Counted from the first letter of the stretch, positions 48,999-61,341 are shown. The stretch is 64,000 nucleotides of DNA from an uncultured Acidobacteriaceae bacterium (GCA_963839225.1 CAWIVA010000034.1:5485-69484); one strand, 5' to 3'. Numbers and translations: made by a program. The notes: generated from the letters alone by a model not told the origin.

Positions 48999-51900
48999 AT
49001 GATTCGCGCCCTCGTAGATTTTGCGCTCAAAAACCGCTGGCTGGTGCTCGGGGGCGTTGTAGTGCTTACCGCATGGGGTATTGTTTCCTTCCGCAATCTG
49101 CCCGTCGAAGCCTATCCTGACGTGGCCAACAACTACGTGCAGATCATCACCCAGTGGCCGGGCCGCTCAGCCGAAGAAATCGAGCGCCAGGTCACAGTGC
49201 CGGTCGAAATCCAGATGGCCGGCATCCCCCATCTCACCCATCTGCGCTCCACCACGCTGGCCGGCTTATCCAGCCTGATGCTGATCTTTGATGACGACTC
49301 GAAGAGCGATGTGAACCGCGAGCACGTGTTGGAGCGGCTCAGCATGGTGAGCCTTCCCGCCAATCTTGTTCCCCAGATGGGAACGGATTGGAGTCCCGTA
49401 GGCCAGATCTACTGGTTCACCTTGGAGAGCACCAACCCCTCCTATGACGTAATGGAGAAGAAGGCGCTCGAAGATTGGTTTATTGAGAAGTCATTCAAGG
49501 GAGTTACAGGAGTAGTGGATGTAGCTAGCTTCGGCGGACCCACCAAGGAGTACCAGATCAGGCTCGACCCGGAAAAACTCGTCTCATATGGGTTAAGCAT
49601 CTGGGCAGGTGGAACAGCAGATCGCCAACAACAACACCAACGGCGGCGGCAGCTTCATCGAACAGGGATCGCAGCAGATCAACGTGCAGTCGGTCGGCCT
49701 CTTCACCAGCGTCCAGGACATCGAAAACACAGTCGTCAAAAACTCCAATGGCGCCGCCATCAAGATCAAGGACATTGCCATCGTCGCTCAGGGCCCCAAG
49801 ATCCGACTCGGCCAGATCGGCAAGGCCACTCACCGGCCCGACGGCACGATTGTCGATAATCCCGATACTGTCGAGGGCATCGCCCTGCTACAAAAGGGCG
49901 CCGACTCCGATCCCGTCCTGCAAGGCATTCACAAGGAAGTCGATAATCTGAACAATCAGCATTTTGCCCAAGGGCGTGAAGGTGGTGCCCTTCCTCGACC
50001 GCTCCGACCTGGTCAAATACACGGTCGAGACCGTCGAACACAATCTCACTGAAGGCATAATCCTCGTCTCCATCATCCTCTTTCTTTTCCTCGGCAACGT
50101 GCGCGGCGCCATCATCGTCGCCCTCACCATTCCCTTCGCGCTGCTGTTCGCCTCCATCTGCCTCGACCTCAGCCACATCCCCGCCAATCTCCTTTCGCTT
50201 GGCGCTCTCGGACTTCGGCATGGTGGTCGACGGCGCAGTGGTGATGATCGAGAATATCGTCCGCCATCTCTCTCAAAAAGACGATACCCGCACCCCATCC
50301 AGAAGATTCGTGATGCCTCTCACGAAGTGCAGCGCCCGGTCTTCTATGCCATCGCCATCATCATCACCGCCTATCTGCCCATCTTCACCCTGCAAGCCGT
50401 CGAAGGCCGGCTTTTCAAGCCCATGGCATGGACGGTTGCCTTCGCCCTGCTCGGTGCCCTCACCTTCTCCATCATCATCGCCCCGGTTATGGCCAGCATC
50501 TCTATTCAGCAAGGGCGCAAAGGAGTGGGAGAATCCCGTCCTGCACTGGCTCAGGGATCACTATCGCACTGGCGGTCCGTGCCGCCATTGAGCATCGCTA
50601 TATCACGGTCGGCATCGCCACCACTCTATTTCGTCATTGCCGTCTATCTCACCGTCGGCGGACCCATCGGCTCTGAATTCCTGCCTCACCTCGACGAAGG
50701 CGCCATCTGGGTCCGCGGAACGCTGCCTCCCAGCGAAGGTCCCACCGCCAGCATCGAATTCACCAACAAGGCGCGCCTGGTGATGGCCTCATTCCCTGAG
50801 GTCACCCAGGTCGTCAGCCAAACCGGCCGCCCTGACGACGGCACCGACACCACCGGCTTCTTCAACACCGAATACTTCGTCGACCTCAAGCGAAAGAGGA
50901 ATGGCGTCCGGTCTTCCACCAGAACAAGGATTCCCTGATCGCGGCAATCAATAAGGAGCTTGAAAAGTTCCCCGGTGTCATCTGGAACTTCTCCCAGCCC
51001 ATCTCTGACAACATGGAGGAGGCGGTCTCCGGCGTCAAAGGCGAGTTGGCCGTCAAGCTCTACGGCGACGACCTGCGCACTCTAGAAAAGAAAGCCGAAG
51101 AGATCCAGGCCCAGATGGCCACGGTAAAAGGCATCGAAGATCTGGGCATCTTCCGCATCATCGGCCAGCCCAACCTGAACTACACCGTCGATCGCGACGC
51201 CGCAGCACGCTGGGGCATCAACGTGGCCGACATTCAGGACGCAGTGCAAACCGCCGTGGGAGCCAACGCCCTGACTCAGGTGCAGCAGGGCGAGGCCCGC
51301 TTCGACGTAACCCTGCGCTACCAGCAGCTAAGTATCGTGATACCCCCGAGGCCATTGAGAACATCCGCCTGCTGGCTCCTTCCGGCGAGCGTGTCTCCCT
51401 GGCGCAACTCACCAAGGTCTCCACCGACGACGGCGCCGAGGAGATCTATCGTGAAGGCGGTCAGCGCTACATCGCCATCAAGTACTCCGTGCGCGGACGC
51501 GACCTGGGGTCAACCGTCGAAGAAGCCATCGGTAAAGTCGACAGGAACGTGAAGCTGCCGGCCGGCTATCACGCCGAGTGGGCCGGTGAATACGAAAGCC
51601 AGAAGCGCGCCAACAAGCGCATGGCCATTGTCATTCCCATCACCGTGATGGTGATCTTTCTTATCCTCTACACCATGTTCCGCTCTTTCAAGTGGGCCAT
51701 GCTCATCCTCGTCTCCGTCATCATGGCATCCATCGGCGGCCCGCTTGCCCTCTTCATCACCCACACCAACTTCTCGGTCTCTTCGGCCGTGGGATTCCTC
51801 GCGCTCTTCGGCGTCTCTGTGCAGACCGGCGTCATCATGCTGGAGTACATCAATCAACTGCGAGCCCGGCGCCGAGGAATGGAAGAGCCCGCCGAAGAGC

Positions 51901-52163
51901 ACATCGTCGAAGCCGCCATCGAAGGCGCCGTCCTTCGCCTGCGCCCCATCATGATGACCATGCTGGTGGCCACGCTGGGACTGCTTCCCGCCGCGCTTTC
52001 TCACGCCATCGGCTCTGACTCGCAGCGCCCCTTCGCCATCGTCATCGTGGGCGGCCTGCTCGCCAACCTGGTCATCGGCGTCTTCCTTCTGCCCACGCTC
52101 TATGTGTGGGTAGCCGGCGAAAACGACGTACTGCCCGCAGTCGAAAACACCGAAGAGTTTTAA
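48999..52163 (+). CDS. czcA: heavy-metal RND permease, divalent-cation (CzcA) type, multiply frameshifted
   Basis: LPVEAYPD, DFGMVVDGAVVMIEN (CzcA-type TM4), FLPHLDEG and RLRPIMMT. Confidence 0.88.
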
Positions 52164-52167
52164 AGAC

Positions 52168-52324
52168 AGGGAATAGGGAGTAAGGAATAGGGAATCGATT
52201 CTTGACATTCTGATGGATATTCGTGGTTTCCCACTCATGCGACAGATAAAGTCGTGTGGATCGGGCACAACGCGTTTATGTAAGGCGAGTCCTCCTATTC
52301 CCTATTCCCTATTCCCTACTCCCT
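52168..52324. repeat. inverted heptamer-array element: (AGGGAAT)4 ... (ATTCCCT)4 enclosing a REP-like palindrome
   Basis: Arms 52168-52195 and 52297-52324 are mutually complementary; lies between convergent czcA and ybbP. Confidence 0.8.
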
Positions 52325-52331
52325 GCCTTCA

Positions 52332-54917
52332 TCACTCCTCCCGCAGCACTTCCAGCGGCCGAAGCCCAAGAATCCGGTAACTCGCAATCCATCCCGTCGC
52401 CGTAGCCAGAACCGCCGTCCCCGCCAGCGCAATCAGCGTCGCGTTCCACTCGATATGAAACCCCACGTCGAGCTTGTGCAGCAGCACCCGCGTCAGCAAA
52501 TTGGCAAAGACCACGCCCACCGGCCCGCCAGCAACCCCAGCACGCTGAACTCCACGCTGAATGTGCGCACAATCCTCATCCGCGTGGCCCCCAGCGTCTT
52601 CAGCACCACCGCCTCCCGCATCCGCCGGAAGCGCGTGCTGGCAATGCTCGAGGCCAGAATCGTCAGCCCCGCAAAGATCGAGAACCCGGCCAGAAACCGC
52701 ACCACAAAGGTAATCTGGTCCACCACGCTCTCAATCCGCTCCAGCACATCGGCCAGGTTGATCACCGTAATCGTCGGGTAGGCCTGAAAGAACGCCCGCT
52801 CCATCGCCGCCACCTGCCTGGGATCGATATGCACCCCTCCGTACCAGGTCGTCGCCTCATCCCTTAGCTGTCCTGAAGGCAGCACAAACGAAACGCGCGC
52901 TCCCAGGTGTTGCCCGTCGGCACGATAAATTGCGGCAACCTTCAGCGCCCGCACCGTTCCGCCGACCTCGATTTCCACCGACGAACCCACGCCCAGGTGC
53001 AGCCGTTCGGCAATTCCTTCGCCGACCGCCAGCTCGGCCGCGTTCGCATCCGTCCACCACTTGCCCTGCTTCACCTTGTCGCCGTCCGGCGGCGCATCGG
53101 CCCAGCTCAGCTCAGCATTCTGCAGCATCCGGTGCGGATAATGCTGCCCCTTCAGTTGCTCCACCGGCTGTCCGTTCAAAGAAATAAACCGCCCCGTCAC
53201 CACCGGCATAAGATCCAGCGCCTGGCTCACTCCCGCCTGATGCTGAAAAAACTCCTTCACCCCGGCAAGCTCATCGCTGGTCACATCCACCAGAAAAATA
53301 TTCGGCAGCTTGGGCGACGCAGTCTCGCGCAGATCGCGCAACAGCGCCGCTTGCATCAGGTAAACCGCCAAAATCAGCATCACGCCTGTCCCCAGCGCCG
53401 CCAGCACCGCCGCCGACTGGTTCCCCGGCCGATAAAGATTAGCCAACCCATGGCGCACCGACGAAGGCAGCCGTAGCCTCACTCGATTGAGCAGAAAGCG
53501 CAGCGTCCAAAGCGCAGCCGCCGCCAGCACCAGCAGAACCACCAGCGCAATCGCAAACAGCACAGCAAACCAGGTGCCCACCTTCGCCGAGTCAGAAAGC
53601 GCCCACGCAATCCCCCCCAGCGCCAGCACCACCACCAGCGAAATCCCCAGTTGCAGCCGTCTGGCCCACCAGCGCGCAAACCATCCGCCAATGCCCTCCG
53701 GCCCCGGTTCCACCAGCCTGCGCAGCACCAGCACCGGCCTGACCCCGCGCACGTCCAGCAGCGGCGGCAAACAAAACAGCAGCGTAGTCAGCAGCCCCGT
53801 TCCCAGTCCGGCCGCAATCGACCTCCATGGAAATTCAAGCGCCGCCTGAAACGGAAGCAGCTTGCCGAACACCGCCGGCAGCGCAGCCATCACGCCCACT
53901 CCGGCGGCCACGCCAAGCAACCCTCCGGCCAGCCCCAGCCCCAGAGTCTGCAACAAAAAGATCCGCAGCAAATCGCCCGATCCCGCGCCCAGGGCCTTCA
54001 AAATCGCCAGCATATCCATGCGCTGTTCCAGATGCGCATGCATCGCCATCGCCACGCCAATCGCCCCCAGCACCATCGCCACCAGGCAGATCAGGCTCAA
54101 AATCGCCGTCGAATTGTCCAGCCCCGTGGTCAGCGACGGATTGCCCTCGCGAAAATCCATCACCTGCGCATCGGGCAGCGCCGCCTCCAATTGCTTGCGC
54201 ACAGCGGCGGCATCCGCCCCAGCCGTAACGCCCGTCGCCAGCTTCTCCGGCAATTTCATCAGCAGCCGCTGTGTAGCCCTGCTTCCCGGCGCCAGCAGCC
54301 CGGTCCGCTCCAGCGCCGCCTGCGAAATCATCACTCGCGGCCCCAGCCCCGCTCCGGCGCTGATGCGGTCCGGCTCCTGCTTCAGCACCGCCGCAATCCT
54401 GAAATCTCTGCCCGCCCAGCCGCAGCGTCTGCCCCACCTGCGCATTCAGCCGAATCAGAAACTCCTCCGCCACCACCGCCGAATCCCCATCCAGAGCCTG
54501 CTCAGACTCATCGCCGGCTCCAGCTTCGCCTCGCCATAGTAGGGATACTCCGCCGGGTCCACAGCCTTCAGCGAGACCAGCACGGGCAAAGGATCAGGCG
54601 GCACGGAAGCCATCGAAATAGTCTCCGTAATCCAGGTCGAACGAATCCCGCCCGGCTGCTCAATCGCCGCAATTTTGCTCTTTTCCTCCGCCGTCGGCTC
54701 GTGCAAAATCCGCGCGCTCAAATCCCCAGCCATCAACGACCTGGCTTCCAAACTTAAAGGTCTGCCTGAAACTTTCGCTGAAGCCGCGCACCCCCACCAG
54801 CGCCGCAACCCCCACGGCCACCGACAGCACCACAAAGCCAAACTTCCCCGGCGCGGACTTCAAATCCCGCCAGCCAATGGCCCCAGCCCGCTTCCAACTC
54901 AATGCCCGCTTAGCCAT
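52332..54917 (-). CDS. ybbP: FtsX-like ABC transporter permease (YbbP family), frameshifted
   Basis: SVAVGVAALVGV, AILKALGA, LANLYRPG and VLKTLGATR. Confidence 0.85.
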
Positions 54918-54929
54918 TCTTTCGCCTCG

Positions 54930-55627
54930 CTACTCGGCTGAGACTGCCGCCAAATAGGGCAAGCTATCCTCCACCACCATCCCATCCTTCAGCACAATCT
55001 TGCGATCCGCGCAGCTGGCCACTTCAGGGTCGTGCGTCACCAGCACCAGCGTAGTTCCCGCCTTGCTGGTTACGCTCCAGCAGCAGGTCCAGCACCATGC
55101 GTCCGTTGGCGGAGTCCAGGTTCCCCGTAGGCTCATCGGCCATCACAATCGGCGGCTCAACCACAAAGGCCCGCGCCAGCGCCACCCGCTGCTGCTCGCC
55201 GCCGGAGAGCTGCACCGGATAATGATCCATGCGCTCCGCCAGCCCCACCTCGCCCAGCAGCCGCCGCGCCTGCTTCAGCCCGCTGCCCTCCACATTCAGC
55301 TCATAGGGCAGCAACACATTTTCCAGAGCCGTCAGCGTGGCAATCAGTTGATACGACTGAAAGACAAACCCAATCTTGCGCCCCCGCACCGCGGCCAGTT
55401 CCGCCTCGGCCAGATTGTGGATCGGCGCCCCATCCAGCCAGATCTCGCCCGCAGCTGGGCGTATCCAGCCCCGCCAGCAGCCCCAGCAGCGTGCTCTTCC
55501 CGCTGCCGCTGGCGCCCACAATCGCCACAAACTGCCCCGCCGGAATGGTCAGCGAGATTCCCTTCAGAATCTCCACCCGCCGCGCGCCGTTCTGAATCCA
55601 CTTCTTCGCATCCCGAACTTCAATCAC
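54930..55627 (-). CDS. ybbA: ABC transporter ATP-binding protein (YbbA family), frameshifted
   Basis: [27 protein letters not shown] and LVTHD. Confidence 0.9.
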
Positions 55628-55644
55628 TCGCCTCCGCCTCCGCT

Positions 55645-55670
55645 CTAGTCCCTGGTCCCTGATCTAGTCC
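55645..55670. repeat. short degenerate heptamer array in the ybbA/tesA divergent region
   Basis: CTAGTCC CTGGTCC CTGATCT AGTCC. Confidence 0.5.
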
Positions 55671-55691
55671 TGCTTTCGCTACACTATCCCT

Positions 55692-56316
55692 GTGGACGTT
55701 CGCCGCACTTCATCGTTTCGATCTGCTTGCTGCTGCTTGCCGGCCCGCTGCATGGCCGCCGACCGGCCCGTCCTGGTTTGCTACGGCGACAGCATCACCG
55801 CCGGCTACGGCCTCCAGACCGGCCAGTCCTATCCCGACGCCCTGCAGCGGGACCTCGACAGCCGCGGCTACCACTACAAGGTCGTCAATCAGGGCACCAG
55901 CGGCGCCACCACCAAGGACGCCGTCGCCGGTCTGCGCTCCATCCTGCTCCTGCATCCCGAAATCGTCATCGTCGAGTTCGGCGGCAACGACGGCCTGCGC
56001 GGCCTGCCCCTCGACCAGACCCGCCGCAATCTCGACCAGGTGCTGACCACGCTCGAAAACGCGCACATCAAAATCCTGCTCGCCGGCATCACCCTGCCGC
56101 CCAACTACGGCCCCGACTACATCCAGCATTCGACAGGTCTTCCGCGATCTGGCCGCCAAGCACCACGCCGCCTTCGTTCCCATGATCTACAAAGACCTGA
56201 TCCACGTCCCCGGCACCATCCAGGCCGACGGCATCCATCCCACCGCCAAAGGCTCCGAGATCATCGCCAAAACACTGCTGCCGGCGCTGACGCCGCTGCT
56301 GCGCAAGGGCCAGTGA
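55692..56316 (+). CDS. tesA: GDSL/SGNH arylesterase / acyl-CoA thioesterase I, frameshifted
   Basis: GDSITAG, GGNDGLRG and DGIHP; divergent from ybbAP as in E. coli. Confidence 0.9.
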
Positions 56317-56436
56317 TCAGTGGACAGTGATCAGATGGTCAGCTACATGCCCGACAGCATGTATTCCGCTGTCGCAATAATGTCGAACCACGTTCCCACT
56401 GCCACACTGACCCTGATCCCTGATCCCTGACCACTG
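56311..56436. repeat. second inverted heptamer-array element: (CAGTGAT)n ... (CTGATCC/CTGACCA)n with an internal hairpin
   Basis: Arms 56311-56342 and 56407-56436; internal CGACAGC-N9-GCTGTCG; lies between convergent tesA and truB. Confidence 0.7.
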
Positions 56437-56439
56437 TCC

Positions 56440-57319
56440 TTACCCCATCACCACCACCGGTTGAAACAGCGTTCCCGCCACGCGCTTCGCAATCCCCACC
56501 AGTTCCCTCTGCCCGGCAAACACCTTCACCAGCGGCGCCGGAAAACTCCGGCAGATTGGCCTGCGCGCCATTGCGCAGCCGTCCCAGCGCCATGCGCATC
56601 GCCAGTCACCGACGGCATCTCCGGCAGCAGACTGCGCGGATGAATGCACAACGCCTCCAGCGCCTCCACATTCCCCGCCAGCGCCTCCAGTTCCTCCAGC
56701 GTGTGCGCCTCGTCCAGCGTGAACACCCCGGCCTGCGTCCGCCGCAGGCTGCTCAGATGCGCTCCGCAACCCAGATCCTGGCCCAGTTCATGCGCCACCG
56801 AGCGCACATACCCCCGGCGCTGATGCTCATCGTGAAGCTGGCCTCCGCGCCCTCCAGCGCAGTAATCTCAAAGCTGGCAATATGCAACCTTGGCCGTCTT
56901 CAGTTCCACGGGCTTGCCCTCGCGGGCCAGCTTGTAGGCCGGCGTGCCGGCAATCTTCTTTGCGGAGTAAGGCGGCGGCATCTGCTCCATCTCGCCGTGG
57001 AAGCGGCCAGCCGCCGCGCGCACCTGCTCCAGCGTCAAGCACCGGCTCCAGCATCCGGCCCGTCGGCCTCGCCCTCGGCATCGTAGGTGTCGGTCGAAAA
57101 TCCGAAGCGGATCGTCCCGGCATAGCTCTTCTCGGCGGAGGAGAAGTACTGCGCCAGCCGCGTAAACTTGCCCAGCAGCAGCGGCAGAACGCCGGTCGCC
57201 ATGGGGTCCAGCGTGCCCAGATGGCCAATGGATCGCTCGCCGGTGATCCTGCGCAGCCGCCCCACCACATCGTGGCTGGTCATGCCGCCCGGTTTGTCGA
57301 TCACCAGAAGTCCGTTCAC
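56440..57319 (-). CDS. truB: tRNA pseudouridine(55) synthase, frameshifted
   Basis: [36 protein letters not shown] and GYVRS. Confidence 0.93.
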
Positions 57320-57351
57320 TCTAACTAACTGTAGTCGACCGGACCCATCCG

Positions 57352-57987
57352 TCATACCGCGCCCGTTCCCGGCTGCCGCACCAGCGACAGAAACTCCAGC
57401 CGCGTCTCCTTCTGGCGGAAGCAGCCCACCATGCGCCGAAGTCACCGTGGACGAGTTCTGCTTTTCAATCCCGCGCATCATCATGCACAGGTGCCGCGCC
57501 TCGATCACCACGCCCACGCCCTGCGGCTCAATGGCATCCTGAATCGCATCGGCAATCTGCCGCGTCAGCCGCTCCTGCACCTGCAGCCGCCGCGCAAACA
57601 CCTCCACCAGCCGCGGAATCTTGCTCAGCCCGATCACCTTGCCCTTGGGAATATAGGCCACGTGCACCTTGCCGAAGAACGGCAGCATGTGATGCTCGCA
57701 GAGCGAGAACATCTCAATGTCCTTGACGATCACCATCTCGTCGTAGTCCACGTCGAAGAGCGCCCCGCGCAGAATCTTGCGTCGGGTCCTCGTCGTAGCC
57801 CTTGGTCAGAAAGGCCATCGACTTTTCCACCCGCGCCGGCGTGGCCAGCAGGCCATCGCGGTTGGGATCTTCGCCCAGCCGGCTCAGAATCTCGCGATAC
57901 ATCTCCTGCGGTGCTGAACTCGCTCAGCCCTTCGTCCATCCCTGCCGCCCTGCGAACGGTCTTGCTCACTGCAATCGGCTGCGCCAT
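57352..57987 (-). CDS. folE: GTP cyclohydrolase I, frameshifted; start uncertain
   Basis: [24 protein letters not shown] and HLCMMMRG. Confidence 0.93.
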
Positions 57988-58072
57988 CGTCCTCATCCTC
58001 TCGCCCTGGGGAACTGGGCGTCGCATCTGATCTTCTCGCTTCAAGAATTGCGCATAAAGATCTCAGACTCTC

Positions 58073-58483
58073 TCAATCCTCGCCATAGTACTCAAAGAAG
58101 TTATTCTCCGTCTCTTCCACCCGCACCTGCACCAGTTCCGCTGGCCGGCAGCGATCCATCAAGCAACTCGAACACCGCCCTACAAAGATTCTCCGTGGTC
58201 GGCACGCGATTCGCAAACAGCGGATCCAGATTCAGGTTCGTATGGTCAAATCGCTCCATCACCTTGCTCTGCACCACCTCATCCAGCGCCGCCATATTCA
58301 CCACCATCCCGTCTCCGCGTCCACTTCTCCGCCCGCCAGCACCTCCACCACGTAGTTGTGCCCGTGCCCATGCGGATTGTTGCACTTCCCATACGCCGCC
58401 CGGTTCTCCTCCGCCGACAGCGCTCCGCGTGCAGCCGGTGGCTGGCGCTCAGCATGTACCGGCGCCCAAAGTAGGCCTCTCAT
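58073..58483 (-). CDS. 6-pyruvoyl-tetrahydropterin synthase family paralogue 2 (CX5HGH), frameshifted
   Basis: [26 protein letters not shown] and ETENNFFEY. Confidence 0.88.
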
Positions 58484-58487
58484 CGCC

Positions 58488-58910
58488 TCACCCTCGATAT
58501 TCCGCAAAAATCTCCGGCGTCTCATAGACCCGCACCCGGCTCAGCCGCGCCCCGCCCGCCATCCGTCACCGCCGGCTCCAGCCGCTTCCACGCGGCAATC
58601 GCGATGTTTTCCGTCGTCGGAATCAGCTTCCGCTCGCCGCAAACTCCGCAACCTCCAGGTTCAGGTGGCGATGATCGTAAGCGGCCAGCACCTCGCGCTC
58701 GATCACGTCCTTCAGCCACTTCAGATCGACCACAAAGCCGGTCACCGGATCCGGCTCGCCGGCCACCGTCACCTCCAGCGTGTAGTTGTGCCCGTGCCCG
58801 TTGCGATTCGCGCAGCGCCCAAAGACCTGCTCGTTCTTCTCCGCCGTCCAGGCCGCGTTCCAGTAGTAGTGCGAAGCGGAAAAAGTCGCCCGCCGCGTCA
58901 AAAAGATCAT
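58488..58910 (-). CDS. 6-pyruvoyl-tetrahydropterin synthase family paralogue 1 (CX5HGH), frameshifted
   Basis: [26 protein letters not shown] and PTTEN; SD AAGGAGG. Confidence 0.88.
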
Positions 58911-59011
58911 TCTGACCCTCCTTGGATAAGATGCCCAGCCCCGCTAAATGCTTCACGAATGCGGCATAACTCATGCCGTCAATTTCACGCTGAAGCCGCT
59001 ATCCACCGTCA

Positions 59012-60074
59012 TTAATCTGCGACTGGATACCAATCTACGCAGCCTACGATACTCCTTCCCTTCCAGCTTACCCGCTTCAAAATCCGGTGCTGAAACCAGC
59101 TTCGATAAAGCAGCACCACAAACAGCGGCAACCCCAGCGGCGCAAGCGCGCAGTCCACAAACGGAAAATTCGACTTGGCCACCCGCGCATAAAAGCGAAA
59201 CAGCGTCCGCACCCACAGCAGCGCCAGCACCCACCCCGCGCCCAGCCACTGCAGCGAATGCGCGGCAAACCGCGCATTCCAAAGCCAGACCGCCAGCACC
59301 GGCAGCCCAACCAGCAGAAAAATATCGAGCGCCCGCCACACCGCCAGCGCCAGCGTATTGTCAAACAGCAGCGCCAGGTTCTTGGTCCAGCCCTCGATCA
59401 TCGCCGCCGTCGAGCGGTACATGCGCGTAGCCACCGCATCTTCCGCATAGCGGAAGCGCAGTCCCACCCTGCGCCGCTTGGCCAGAAACGCCAGCTCCAC
59501 ATCCTCCAGCACCTTGTCGGCCACGCTCGCGTGCCCGCCCAGCCGCCGGTAAGCCTCCCGCTCCACCAGCAAAAACTGCCCGTTGGCCGCCGCAATCCGC
59601 TGGTTCGGGTCGGAGACTTTGGCCGGCGGATAAGCCAACGCCAGTTCGCAAAAAACCAGCGGCATCAGCGACCGCTGCGCACAGCCCGCTCACAATCTGC
59701 CGCGGCGAATAGCTCAGCATCCCCACCTTGTGCCTCTCCGCCTCATGCATCGCCCGGCGCAGGTCTCCCGGCTCGTGAATCGTATCCGCGTCGGTAAACA
59801 GCAGCCATCGCCCCCGCGCCCGCTTCGCCGCCGTCCAAATGGCGTTCGCCTTCCCCGTCCAGCCCGGTTCCAGCTTGCCCGCCTCCATCACCGTCACCCC
59901 GGCAAAGCCGCGCGCAATCTCCGCCGTCCGGTCGGTCGAGTGGTCGTCCACCACCATCAGTTCCCAATCCTTGCCCAGTTCGAAAATCTCCTCCGACTGG
60001 CTCACCAGCGACTGAAGGCACGCGCCCAGGCAATCCTCTTCGTTCCGCGCCGGAACAATCACCGTAAGCTCCAT
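59012..60074 (-). CDS. membrane-associated glycosyltransferase family 2, frameshifted; may start further upstream (60236)
   Basis: VIVPARNEE, DDHSTD, WTGK, FTDAD, NGQF, EDVELA and EGWTKN; C-terminal TM helices. Confidence 0.85.
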
Positions 60075-60280
60075 CAGTTCCTCCGGCTCCGGCTGATCGA
60101 AGACCGTTCCCGGCACAGCTCCCCGCCCATCGCGCCGCGGCCTCAGCCTGCCCGCCGGGCTCGTCTGAAAGCCCCAGCACCGGCTTCCACCCGCCAGCCC
60201 CGGCCGCTCCCTCGCCTCTGTCCTGTTCTCGTCCATCGCGCATCACCTTTCCTTGGCCTTTCGCTCCGTATTATAAGGAT

Positions 60281-60776
60281 GTGCGGTTCCACCGTTTATC
60301 TCACGCTCGATTTGCTCCTGCCGCTGGCCCTCCTGCCCGGCTGCGACCGCGGCGCGCATCCCTGCCCAGACCGGCAAGCCGGCCCCCGATTTCACCGTCT
60401 CCGACGGAACCACCACCGTCCATCTGGCCAGCTACCGGGGCAAGGTCGTCCTGCTCAATTTCTGGGCCACCTGGTGCGCCGCCCTGCGTTGAGGAGATGC
60501 CCGCGCTGCTTGAACTCCACCACGACCGGCCCGATCTGGCCATCCTGGCCGTCAGCATCGACGAAGACCCCGACGCCTACAGCCGTTTCCTCGTCCGCCG
60601 CCACGTCGATTTCATCACCGTCCGCGATCCCAGCCAATCCGCCGCCAAGCTCTATCCACACCGAAGGTTGGCCTGAAACCTACATCATCGACCGCCAGGG
60701 CGTCATCCGCCGCAAAATCGTCGGCGACCCGGACTGGTCCAATCCCGAGATCCGCGCCTTTCTTAAGAGCCTGTAG
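60281..60776 (+). CDS. TlpA/ResA-family thiol-disulfide oxidoreductase lipoprotein, frameshifted
   Basis: LPGC lipobox-like segment; LNFWATWC-x-PC..EMP and [10 protein letters not shown]. Confidence 0.88.
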
Positions 60777-60823
60777 CCTGTAAGATCACGCTCAGATGCC
60801 GCACCCCTTGGTATCATTCCTCT

Positions 60824-61035
60824 ATGACCACAGTGGAAATCCTCTATCGCTACGCCACCCCGCCCACTGAGGCCGTGACCGTGGCGCTGGCCGGCACACA
60901 AGACGTATACGGCATTCGCCGTCTGCGCTTCGACCGCGCCGCCCGCACACTCTGCGCGTCGAGTACGACGCCACCCGTCTCAACGCCGCCGCCGTCACCA
61001 AACTGGTCCGCCAGGCGGCCTCGACAATCGCCTGA
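60824..61035 (+). CDS. small hypothetical protein (ferredoxin/HMA-like fold possible), 3' end uncertain
   Basis: MTTVEILYRY...VYGIRRL continuing VEYDATRL in the next frame; extended -10 element upstream. Confidence 0.6.
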
Positions 61036-61172
61036 AGATACTCTGCCGCTCGATCGCCCCACCCCCTGCGCAACCCCCACGCTGCCTGCCGGCGTGCCAT
61101 CAGCTGAGCACGATTGCGCCGCGCCTCAAACCCTGATAATCTGTCTATGGTTCGTTTCGGAACCAGCCATGT

Positions 61173-61249
61173 GCGCCCGTAGCTCAGCTGGATAGAGCGA
61201 CTGACTACGAATCAGTAGGTCGGGAGTTCGAATCTCTCCGGGCGCACCA
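61173..61249 (+). tRNA. tRNA-Arg(ACG)
   Basis: GCGCCCGTAGCTCAGCTGGATAGAGC, CTGA-CTACGAA-TCAG, GTTCGAATC and CCA. Confidence 0.97.
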
Positions 61250-61319
61250 TAGATAAGATAAACAAAATAAATAACTTATAATCAAATCTCCCGCTCGAAA
61301 ACAAACCGCTGTCAATCTA

Positions 61320-61341
61320 CCATGTCCGATCCATGTCCGAT
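61320..61341. repeat. perfect tandem 11-bp direct repeat, candidate integrase arm sites
   Basis: CCATGTCCGAT CCATGTCCGAT, 70 nt past the tRNA 3' end. Confidence 0.7.

Noticed and set aside
52168-52324. CRISPR array
   Set aside because: 7-nt tandem units without spacers, and no cas genes in the window
56440-58910. Mass pseudogenisation of truB, folE and the PTPS genes
   Set aside because: All motifs are intact across frames and only small indels occur, which is typical of sequencing error
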